DNA from: an uncultured Mucilaginibacter sp.
Lineage (GTDB): Bacteria; Bacteroidota; Bacteroidia; Sphingobacteriales; Sphingobacteriaceae
NCBI GenBank assembly: GCA_913777515.1
Contig: CAJYSL010000266.1
Location: forward strand, 2,550-66,549
Direction: 5' to 3'
Length of the DNA stretch: 64,000 nucleotides
In this document: piece by piece, positions 1 to 7,833 of the stretch
Position numbering within the stretch: position 1 is the first letter of the stretch
How the letters are laid out: the number at the start of each line of letters is the position of its first letter
Translations under genes and position numbers: made by a program
The notes under the pieces: generated by a model
Seen by the model: the letters and a program-made list of their open reading frames with translations, nothing else
Databases searched by the model: none
Told to the model about the DNA's origin: nothing

Positions 1-95
1 GCCAGGCCCTCAGAAATAGATTGTGCAATTTGCATGGAGGTGATTCCTTTGTCGTACTCACGAACGGAACCATCAGGGAGTGTAATTTTAATCAT
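1..95 (-). CDS. thrS: Threonyl-tRNA synthetase, 5' end (runs off window)
   Basis: Manual translation from ATG at 95: [31 protein letters not shown], the TGS-domain N-terminus typical of ThrRS; not in ORF track. Confidence 0.9.
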   Translation of the reverse strand, partial: MIKITLPDGSVREYDKGITSMQIAQSISEGL

Positions 96-302
96 CTACA
101 ACTATGATTCGGTTTTTACCCTTTCAGTTATGCCGGGGCTGTAAAAACCTGGGTTAAAAATTTGTTTTATATAATCACCTACGAGAGTGATTTTATTGTT
201 AAGCGCAAAAATAAGATTATTTATTTGAAGAGCGGGTTTTGCTCCAAACAGAATTTATTCACAACTATAGGTTGCTTATATGCGGCAATAAACGTTTACA
301 GT

Positions 303-1031
303 TTAAACATTCCCCCAGCCATTGGCTAAAACATCGGCCAAGTGCATGGTTTTGATAGGAAGTTGATTTTTATCGATGTGGCTCTGTAAATGTAACAGGC
401 ACGACGAATCAGTAGAGATAATATAATCGGCATTGACGGCCATGGCATTATCCACCTTTTGCTGCGCCATAGCGCTCGATATGGCGTCAAACTTAACAGC
501 AAACGTACCGCCAAAGCCACAACAGGTTTCGTTATCTTTGAGCTCTACCAGCTCCAAACCGTAAACTTTAGACAGCAACTGCCTGGGCTCGCGTTTTATT
601 TTACACTCGCGTAAGCCGGCACAACTATCATGGTAAACAGCACGACCTTCCAGTTCGGCGCCAAAGTGGTCTACCTGTAAAATGTTCACCAAAAAATCAG
701 ACAACTCGTAGATGTTACCTTGTATAGCCCGGCATTTATTATGGGCAGTAGTATTGGTAAATAAGTCGTTATAGTAATTGCGCACCATACCGGTACACGA
801 TGCTGATGGCGTAACGATGATGTCCTCGTCAGAAAAGGTGTTTAAAAACTTGCCTCCTATAGCTTTGGCATCGTCCCAAAAACCGGCGTTAAAAGCCGGC
901 TGACCGCAACAAGTTTGCTCCGGGTTATAACCTACCTCGCAACCGGCCTTTTGCAGCACCTGTAAGGTACTGAATGCTGTATCGGGGTACAACTGGTCTA
1001 TAAAACACGGAACAAATAATTCAACTTTCAT
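303..1031 (-). CDS. (Fe-S)-binding CCG-domain protein, LutA/YkgE family
   Basis: Two CCG motifs (TCCGQP, TCCGFGG), FVPCFID and YHDSC motifs. Confidence 0.88.
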   Translation of the reverse strand: MKVELFVPCFIDQLYPDTAFSTLQVLQKAGCEVGYNPEQTCCGQPAFNAGFWDDAKAIGGKFLNTFSDEDIIVTPSASCTGMVRNYYNDLFTNTTAHNKCRAIQGNIYELSDFLVNILQVDHFGAELEGRAVYHDSCAGLRECKIKREPRQLLSKVYGLELVELKDNETCCGFGGTFAVKFDAISSAMAQQKVDNAMAVNADYIISTDSSCLLHLQSHIDKNQLPIKTMHLADVLANGWGNV

Positions 1032-1046
1032 AACTTCAACAATGGT

Positions 1047-2387
1047 TTACTGCACATTGGCGTGCAGGCTTCCTTTTTGCTTTTGTGCCGTGAGCACGAA
1101 AAACAGTAACAACAATCCGGCTAAAAAAAATATGGTTAGCACTAAAGTCGAATTACGCATGCTATGCGTTAGCGATTCAACTATGCCAAATGTAAACAAT
1201 CCGATAACAATAGCCAGTTTTTCGGTTACATCGTAAAAGCTAAAAAACGCAGCAGTATCTGTAATGTTCTCAGGTAAAAATTTGGAATAGGTAGAGCGCG
1301 ATAATGATTGTATACCGCCCATCACCAGGCCCACCACGGCAGCCAGCGCATAAAACTGGATGTCTGTCTGCGTAAAATAGGCCGCTACGCAAACCCCAAT
1401 CCATATCAGCACCACAGCCATCAGCACTTTGATATTTCCGTAAACAGACGACAGCTTTGACATCAACGCCGCGCCGGCAATAGCCACTAATTGAATGATG
1501 AGTATGGTGGCTATTAATTTTTCGGCCGCCATATGCAACTCTTTGGCTGCAAACCCGGTAGCCACCAGCATTACCGTTTGTACCCCCATCGAGTAAAAGA
1601 AGAAGGCGCTCAAGTAACGCTTTAGCACCGGCATATGGCTTATTTGTCGCCAAACATGGCCCAGTTCTTTAAACCCGCCGCTAATTATGTTATACTGATG
1701 GTCGGTGCTTTTGGGTGTGCCTTTAGGTAGCTTTAAAAATGGTATTTGCGCAAAGCCCAGCCACCAGATGCCTACCAGCAAAAAAGATAAACGGGGTGCA
1801 AAGGTAGCATCGGTAATGCCAAACGTTTTGGGCGAGAGCACAAATACAAAACAGATAACTTGCAGCAATACGCTGCCAATGTATCCGTAAGTAAACCCTT
1901 TGGCGCTTACCGCATCCTGCTGGTCTACGGTAGCAATTTGCGGCAGGTATGAATTATAAAACACCGCACCGCTGCAGTAACCAATGGCGGCCAGCGCAAA
2001 GCAAAACATACTAACGGTTAAGGTATCCAATTTAAAAAAGTATAAGCCACAGCAAGCCAAACCGCCAATCCAGGTAAATAGTTGCATGTACGTTTTTTTA
2101 TTGCCTCGGTAATCGGCAATAGAGGTTAGAATAGGCAGCAACAACACTACCACCATATAGGCGGTAGCTAATACATAGTCGGACAGGGCTGTATTCACAA
2201 ACTCGTGCCCCAAAAACGTCACTTTGTCGCCTCGCTCCTGGGTGGTAGTGATAGCAGTGTAGTACGCCGGGAAAATAGTGGAGGTGATAACCAGGTTGTA
2301 AGCCGAGTTAGCCCAGTCGAACATTGCCCAGGCTTTGATAGTTTTCGGGTTGTTTTTAATGTCCATGCAGTGAGCTAAAATAAACAT
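1047..2387 (-). CDS. MFS transporter, UMF1/ATG22-like (start may be ATG 2366)
   Basis: WAMFDWANSAY motif, about 12 hydrophobic segments, GGIQSLSRS motif. Confidence 0.85.
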   Translation of the reverse strand: MFILAHCMDIKNNPKTIKAWAMFDWANSAYNLVITSTIFPAYYTAITTTQERGDKVTFLGHEFVNTALSDYVLATAYMVVVLLLPILTSIADYRGNKKTYMQLFTWIGGLACCGLYFFKLDTLTVSMFCFALAAIGYCSGAVFYNSYLPQIATVDQQDAVSAKGFTYGYIGSVLLQVICFVFVLSPKTFGITDATFAPRLSFLLVGIWWLGFAQIPFLKLPKGTPKSTDHQYNIISGGFKELGHVWRQISHMPVLKRYLSAFFFYSMGVQTVMLVATGFAAKELHMAAEKLIATILIIQLVAIAGAALMSKLSSVYGNIKVLMAVVLIWIGVCVAAYFTQTDIQFYALAAVVGLVMGGIQSLSRSTYSKFLPENITDTAAFFSFYDVTEKLAIVIGLFTFGIVESLTHSMRNSTLVLTIFFLAGLLLLFFVLTAQKQKGSLHANVQ

Positions 2388-2526
2388 AATCGCCTACAAA
2401 TAGCTTGCGGCACGAACAGCGATTTACAGAAATAAAATTTCGTTGCAACAAAATGAATTTAAGCTGCGTTAAACCACTTAATTTTTTAATAAAGCATTAT
2501 CGGATAAACGTATAATTCAGATTGTT

Positions 2527-2967
2527 ATGTTACTGCAGGCTTCTTTCACACATCAAAATGCGCCTCACACTAAGAGCAAATTAGTGATGATTGACGACAA
2601 CCCGTTGGAGCACATGATTATGAAAAGGCTTTGCCAAAGGCTAAATGTTTTTACCGGAGCCGATTACCTTTTTGACGCCCGAGCTGCGTTAGACCAGTTA
2701 GCACAACAACCAGCTGACAGCCTGCCCGATATTATTTTACTCGACCTGCAAATGCCCGAATTTGACGGCTGGGACTTTTTAGAAGAGTTTAGCCGGATTT
2801 ACACATCGCTGCCTAAAGACGTCAAGATTTACATTTTCAGTTCGTCTATCAACCCGGTTGATATTACCCGCTCAGCCACCTACCCCTTTGTTTGCGACTT
2901 TATCTCGAAACCTATGAAACAGGAAACCCTGCAACAGCTGTATCAGCAGTTTGACGAAGCAGCGTAG
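2527..2967 (+). CDS. Single-domain response regulator (receiver only)
   Basis: IDD, LLDLQMPEFDG, SSS and ISKP receiver motifs. Confidence 0.9.
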   Translation: MLLQASFTHQNAPHTKSKLVMIDDNPLEHMIMKRLCQRLNVFTGADYLFDARAALDQLAQQPADSLPDIILLDLQMPEFDGWDFLEEFSRIYTSLPKDVKIYIFSSSINPVDITRSATYPFVCDFISKPMKQETLQQLYQQFDEAA

Positions 2968-3009
2968 AATAAGATGTTAATCCGCCCCTGACATAGACTG
3001 ATATATTTT

Positions 3010-3051
3010 TAACCATAAAAAGCAGCCTTACGAAGCTGCTTTTTATGGTTA
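3010..3051. terminator. Bidirectional intrinsic terminator
   Basis: Perfect 17-bp inverted repeat TAACCATAAAAAGCAGC/GCTGCTTTTTATGGTTA downstream of the response regulator. Confidence 0.8.
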
Positions 3052-3115
3052 TAGAAAAATCTGACAAGTAAGCACTGTATATTAAAGCTAATTATAAAAG
3101 GATTTCAAAAAATTA

Positions 3116-3385
3116 TCATTCACCTACCACATCATACGCCGATTCCATTTTAGCAAACTTTAATTTGAGTTCGGGTAAATATCCAATTATTCTATTTATT
3201 GGATTGGAATTATCTTTAAGCGTAATTGCGACGAGGCCGTCCGCAAATTTATACTCCCACTCTAGTTGAATCCGCACTTCAAGTTGATTATTGTATGCCT
3301 TCAAAAAACCTCCAATAGTGTTGTCAAATGTAAATTCTAAAGTTAAAACATCATTGTTTGAAAAAATGATTCCCCAAGCACATCT
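3116..3385 (-). pseudogene. Probable 5'-truncated gene fragment of unknown function
   Basis: Frame of the 62-aa ORF stays open up to about 3385 with no ATG; AT-rich; lies between two look-alike terminators. Confidence 0.35.
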
Positions 3386-3436
3386 TTAAGCCTATTTATA
3401 TCCATTTGATTTTATGTCGCAATTACATCAGAAACC

Positions 3437-3464
3437 AAAAAAGCAGCCTTTTGGGCTGCTTTTT
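3437..3464 (-). terminator. Intrinsic terminator that followed tRNA-Leu before prophage integration
   Basis: AAAAAAGCAGCC-TTTTG-GGCTGCTTTTT hairpin abutting the displaced tRNA 3' fragment. Confidence 0.75.
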
Positions 3465-3489
3465 GACATTTGTGCGGAAGAAGGGACTC
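3461..3489. repeat. Prophage att core, left copy (displaced 3' end of tRNA-Leu)
   Basis: TTTTGACATTTGTGCGGAAGAAGGGACTC, identical to 40689-40717. Confidence 0.95.
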
Positions 3490-3567
3490 CGACCGATGTT
3501 TGGTCGGTTCTAAAAACGGCCTTTTTAGCCTTTAAATTGCCTTTCATTTCATGAAATTTAATAGAAT

Positions 3568-3589
3568 TGTGTCCCTAATGTGTCCCTAA
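3568..3589. repeat. Putative integrase arm-type sites, left
   Basis: TGTGTCCCTAA x2 in tandem; same TGTGTCCC core and 11-bp period at 40641-40662. Confidence 0.7.
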
Positions 3590-3609
3590 TTAGTGTAGCT
3601 TTTTTATTT

Positions 3610-3948
3610 CTAACGGTCTTTAAGCAAAATGTCTACAAGCCCCCTAAGTTTATTTACTTGAGCCTCAAGAGCACCGATTTTTGCATTTAAATCAACTATA
3701 TCAGTTACTAGTGTAGCTTTGGCCTTATCTTTCACCTTCATTGGACCGGTACCATGAAAGAACCAAGAGTAGTTTAAATTTCGCTCAATGTGCAACGTTT
3801 TTACTACTTCTAATGGAATGAATAGTGCGCCGGAGATATATTTTGAGATTTGAGATTGCTGCTTACCCAGCATAACTGCAACATCATTTTGAGTTAAATT
3901 CTCCCTTTCTATGAAGAGTTTTAGCCGATTGCCTTCATCTACTTTCAT
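3610..3948 (-). CDS. XRE-family HTH regulator
   Basis: LTQNDVAVMLGKQQSQISKYISG HTH, NYSWFFHGTGPM, C-terminal coiled coil. Confidence 0.85.
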   Translation of the reverse strand: MKVDEGNRLKLFIERENLTQNDVAVMLGKQQSQISKYISGALFIPLEVVKTLHIERNLNYSWFFHGTGPMKVKDKAKATLVTDIVDLNAKIGALEAQVNKLRGLVDILLKDR

Positions 3949-3962
3949 TGGTCTACATAAGA

Positions 3963-4856
3963 CTATTTCTTTCTAAAACAGGATTCCGGCAAAGTTTTAC
4001 TTACGACTGGATATAATTCCAAAACATCATCAATGTTAATCACTTCTCCTACCTCACCATTTTTCAAACATTTGAGGCTAATTTCCCCAGTATCTTTATT
4101 GAAGTCAGTTATTTCTCTAATCAAAACCTTCTTTTCTGAGTGGACTATCGCCCATTGAAAGTAATTATCATAGAACATAGAGTACAAAAGATAATCCTTT
4201 CCTATAGAGTAACCCGTAACAACTGTTCTATCGGGGATCGAATCAATTGTTCCATCATCCATTAAGTCACCTACCATTATGAAAGACCGATATTCGGTGA
4301 AAGAAACACTTGAAAACAATACCTCATGCGTTTCATAATCATTAAAATTTTCACTAGTCGGCGACAATAGAGACTTCAGATAGGCATCCTCGGCAAATGG
4401 CGGCACCAACTTATGAGCAACCCTGAACTTATGAGGACCTAATTGAGTGATTTTATCCTTATGGTTACCAATCGCAACTTTGTCTAAACCACCAGCAAAC
4501 GCATCAAGTTTATTTACAACTTCACTTAAATCCTCTAGCCTGTCTATTTTAAAAGCTTTTTTTATTATATCCTCAAAGTGCTCGCGGGGAATTTCTCTTA
4601 TTTGTTGTTCCTGATCGGGTGAGAAACCATCAAACATCGTCCCTATACCGGTGAAAAGCCATGCATGACTAACGTTAAACTTATCTACCACCGTTTCCAA
4701 ATATCGCTTAGCGATACTTCTTTTACCTGTCTCAGCTTCACTTACCGTATTTTGCTTATAGCCTATTCGTTCAGCAAACTCTTTTTGATTTAAGTTTAGT
4801 TGCTTTCTTAAGTATTTTAACCGTTCAGAAATTTTATTGTCTTGAAAATCAACCAT
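3963..4856 (-). CDS. CI-like repressor: XRE HTH plus degenerate S24 peptidase-like domain
   Basis: LNQKEFAERIGYKQNTVSEAETG HTH, WLFTGIGTM; C-terminal YRSFIMVGDLMDDG..SIPD resembles Bacteroidota S24 domains; divergent from a Cro-like gene. Confidence 0.85.
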   Translation of the reverse strand: MVDFQDNKISERLKYLRKQLNLNQKEFAERIGYKQNTVSEAETGKRSIAKRYLETVVDKFNVSHAWLFTGIGTMFDGFSPDQEQQIREIPREHFEDIIKKAFKIDRLEDLSEVVNKLDAFAGGLDKVAIGNHKDKITQLGPHKFRVAHKLVPPFAEDAYLKSLLSPTSENFNDYETHEVLFSSVSFTEYRSFIMVGDLMDDGTIDSIPDRTVVTGYSIGKDYLLYSMFYDNYFQWAIVHSEKKVLIREITDFNKDTGEISLKCLKNGEVGEVINIDDVLELYPVVSKTLPESCFRKK

Positions 4857-4869
4857 ATAGCATTTTAAT

Positions 4870-4911
4870 TGGGATTTTTAGATATTTTAATCTAAAAATC
4901 CCATATATTTG
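4870..4911 (+). promoter_or_regulatory. Immunity-region operator plus rightward -7 promoter box
   Basis: Perfect 14-bp inverted repeat TGGGATTTTTAGAT-N6-ATCTAAAAATCCCA (4870-4903), immediately followed by TATATTTG (4904-4911; Bacteroidota TAnnTTTG). Confidence 0.75.
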
Positions 4912-4949
4912 ATTTATCGAAATTGATCCATCAAAAATAAGAAACCAAA

Positions 4950-5174
4950 GTGATAAAACCAACCATTTTCCGATTAAAGACGGAATTTATCGATAAAATC
5001 AAAAAAAGCTTGCAGTGCAAGAACAGACTTCAGTTTGAACTCGGCATAAGCTATCTAACGTTACAGCGGTGGCTAAACACAAACAGTCATAAATTGACAA
5101 CAGCTACTGCATTGCGTATCATAAGCATAGAGCTTGACATTGCACAAGAATATCTTATAACTGAGATAGAATAA
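4950..5174 (+). CDS. Cro-like small HTH protein
   Basis: 74 aa, LQFELGISYLTLQRWL HTH, divergent from the repressor. Confidence 0.7.
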   Translation: MIKPTIFRLKTEFIDKIKKSLQCKNRLQFELGISYLTLQRWLNTNSHKLTTATALRIISIELDIAQEYLITEIE

Positions 5175-5177
5175 CAA

Positions 5178-5372
5178 ATGCTGTCGATTGCATACGTAGC
5201 TGATTCAACCGTGCAAAAGGTGAAGAAAATCACCAAAGCGGAGAAGCTACGTAATGATGCAATTGCAACTGTGGCAAGGGCGAAAATCGAAGACAGAAAA
5301 AAGGCTAAAGAAATTTTAAAAAAACTTTGGGATGAAGTAGAATCTCTCGAAGCTGAAGCAAAAGAAGAATAG
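5178..5372 (+). CDS. Hypothetical phage protein
   Basis: Tightly packed in the early operon; helical and charged. Confidence 0.55.
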   Translation: MLSIAYVADSTVQKVKKITKAEKLRNDAIATVARAKIEDRKKAKEILKKLWDEVESLEAEAKEE

Positions 5373-5441
5373 TAATTCATAAAAAAAGCCAGAGGCTCCT
5401 ACACCACTGGCTTATCAATTAAAAATAAATATAAAATCAAC

Positions 5442-6074
5442 ATGACAAAAGAAGCAAAAGCAATCAAAGAAAGCAAGAGAAATCAAAAAGAAAGGGCTGC
5501 CGCCGAAAAAGAGGAAAATGCTTTAGTAGCAGCAAAGCTGAAACACTTCCGGAACTCCTTGGGGCATTCCATTGAAGCGATGGCTAGTTTACTTGGTTTA
5601 GACGAGTTAGAACTTCAATGGATAGAAGACGGCACCATTCCGTTTGACATGCTCATTGGGCAACGGTACTTCAAGGTCGGTTTTAATTTGAACAGCATAG
5701 GCGACAACGACCTTGAGCCACTCAGACCGTCTACACCCTACGAAAAAATATTTGATGCAATGGGCGTAATTAATGATTGTTCCGATGAACTTCATACTTG
5801 CAGCCCCGAGGTTTTGATTATTAACCTTCTTGACCTTTTTGAAGGATTAAGCAATTTCGTCGAGGGTAATTTTAAAGAAAACGCGGGCCTGGATTTATTA
5901 TCAAATGTTTTTGAGGATTACATAAGTAAGAACGGAGATACTGAAGGTTACAGAAAAAAAGTATTTGCGAGGTACTCTCAACTAACGAAGCTTTTGTTTG
6001 AGGTTTATTCATCCAAGGAGATTATATCTCAATTCAGAGAGACATTAGTTAAAACAGAAAAAGTCTTCATATAA
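5442..6074 (+). CDS. HTH (XRE-like) protein with helical C-terminal domain
   Basis: LKHFRNSLGHSIEAMASLLGLDELELQWIEDG HTH. Confidence 0.7.
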   Translation: MTKEAKAIKESKRNQKERAAAEKEENALVAAKLKHFRNSLGHSIEAMASLLGLDELELQWIEDGTIPFDMLIGQRYFKVGFNLNSIGDNDLEPLRPSTPYEKIFDAMGVINDCSDELHTCSPEVLIINLLDLFEGLSNFVEGNFKENAGLDLLSNVFEDYISKNGDTEGYRKKVFARYSQLTKLLFEVYSSKEIISQFRETLVKTEKVFI

Positions 6075-6084
6075 ACCTAACACC

Positions 6085-6552
6085 ATGTCAACAACAAAAA
6101 TATCGACTACCGACGATAACAGCACGGAGCAAAAGTTTAAACTGTTTTATCAATCATTCAATCACGGAATAGTTTACAACGCAACAGCCACTCTTAATGA
6201 GGAAATAGAAGACAGAAAGTTAAGCCTTCAGAATTACTTAGAAGCGGCCTGTGGGCTCATTGGTGACATGCAAAATATGTCTCATGAGCCAATGTACGAA
6301 ACAATGCAATTATTGCATAAATCATTTGCTATGTACCTTGATAGCCGCGCTAACGAGGGATTGATTTGTAGGGCCGATGTGGGTGATTTATACAATAAGA
6401 TTTCACTCATAACAACACTTGTATCGTCTGTTATTAGCAATAAGGACTTCATATTTAACCTACTAAGCCAGTATCAAGAACTCAGTTTTTTTCTCAATAA
6501 AGACATCGGATTTCCACATAAGGATTTTGTAACACTTCCTGAAAATAGCTGA
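6085..6552 (+). CDS. Hypothetical protein resembling the C-terminus of the 5442-6074 product
   Basis: Operon position; shared LL..F..Y...G..R..V...Y pattern. Confidence 0.6.
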   Translation: MSTTKISTTDDNSTEQKFKLFYQSFNHGIVYNATATLNEEIEDRKLSLQNYLEAACGLIGDMQNMSHEPMYETMQLLHKSFAMYLDSRANEGLICRADVGDLYNKISLITTLVSSVISNKDFIFNLLSQYQELSFFLNKDIGFPHKDFVTLPENS

Positions 6553-6559
6553 TTTTGTT

Positions 6560-7030
6560 ATGAATGCTCAAGATAAATTAATATTGTCCTGCCTTCCGGT
6601 TAAGTGGCGTATATTCTATAAGCGTACACCGTCAGTATTCGACGATTATCTTTACAGAGAGTTCTTCAATTTACCGTTTAAAGAACTGTTAAAAATCAGC
6701 TCGCATACGGGCCTATTTGACGTCAAAGATTATTTAAATAATTCCAGTAGTTCTATTACAAAACGACCTTTAGCAAACGCCCGGCACTTGCTGTTAACGC
6801 GTTCAGAATTGAAGGTTTACAATGCACTACCAGAATCTTTTAGCCTGGATGATTTTCGTTTTGTTGGGTGGGCTTGCTTAGGCAAAGCCCCCCTTCCCTT
6901 TAACATGCTCAAAAGCGGTCTAATTTCGACCGTGTGGGCATCAGGCGTTGCGCCAATCAACGGAGCGTTACCCGCCTCCAATGATATAGGCTGGTTTCAA
7001 AAAGGCCCTATTACGCCTCGTTTACAATAA
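6560..7030 (+). CDS. Hypothetical phage protein
   Basis: 156-aa ORF packed in the early operon. Confidence 0.55.
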   Translation: MNAQDKLILSCLPVKWRIFYKRTPSVFDDYLYREFFNLPFKELLKISSHTGLFDVKDYLNNSSSSITKRPLANARHLLLTRSELKVYNALPESFSLDDFRFVGWACLGKAPLPFNMLKSGLISTVWASGVAPINGALPASNDIGWFQKGPITPRLQ

Positions 7031-7053
7031 CACATACCCCTATTTAATTGGTA

Positions 7054-7833
7054 ATGGCTAAAGATGCTTACTATTTTTCGCATGATTATAATGCGCGTAA
7101 TGACCCCAAACTGGTTAAGCTTCAGCAGAAGCTTAAGCATGAAGGAAAAGGCGTTTACTGGGATTTAATTGAGTTGATGTATGAGCAAGGTGGCAAACTT
7201 GAAATAGCCGAAATTGAAAGCTACGCCTATACGTTGAGAGCTAAATTTTCAACACTCGAATCGGTCATCAGAGATTTTAATTTATTCGTTCTTGATGATA
7301 AATTTATTAGGTCAGCGAGCGTTGAGCGCCGCCTTGCAGCCAGGCATGAGAAGTCTGAAAAATACGCAAAGAATGCTCAAAAACGGTGGGAGAAATCCGA
7401 TAGCAATGCAAACGGAATGCAATTGCATAGCAATGGCAAAGCAGGAAAGGAAATAAAAGGAAAGGATAGTAAAGGAAAAGATAAGAAAGGAGAAGAAAAG
7501 ATAGATAATAATGATGATGCTGAGATTGATGTTTTTATTGTAGCCGTTATTGACTATCTGAACGAAAAGACCCGCAAGGATTTCAAAGCTTCGACGGCCG
7601 GAAACCGAAAGCCAATTATTTTGCGATATAACGAAGGCTATACCCTTGAGCAGTTTAAGCGCGTCATTCAGGCAAAAACTAATGAATGGCTTAACAATCC
7701 AGGTATGAAGCAATATTTGCGGCCGGAAACACTCTTTAGTGGCAAATTTGACAGTTACCTGCAGGAGTGGGTACCCGAAGATGAACTGGGTGTAGTTGAA
7801 ATACCCGAGCATGAAAGGGGGCTGCAGCTGTGA
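7054..7833 (+). CDS. Phage replication initiator (DUF4373/Lin1244-like N-terminus, conserved phage C-terminal domain)
   Basis: YFSHDYNARNDPKL...GKGVYWDLIELMYE; C-terminal MKQYLRPETLFSGKFDSYL; ATG 7054 preferred. Confidence 0.82.
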   Translation: MAKDAYYFSHDYNARNDPKLVKLQQKLKHEGKGVYWDLIELMYEQGGKLEIAEIESYAYTLRAKFSTLESVIRDFNLFVLDDKFIRSASVERRLAARHEKSEKYAKNAQKRWEKSDSNANGMQLHSNGKAGKEIKGKDSKGKDKKGEEKIDNNDDAEIDVFIVAVIDYLNEKTRKDFKASTAGNRKPIILRYNEGYTLEQFKRVIQAKTNEWLNNPGMKQYLRPETLFSGKFDSYLQEWVPEDELGVVEIPEHERGLQL

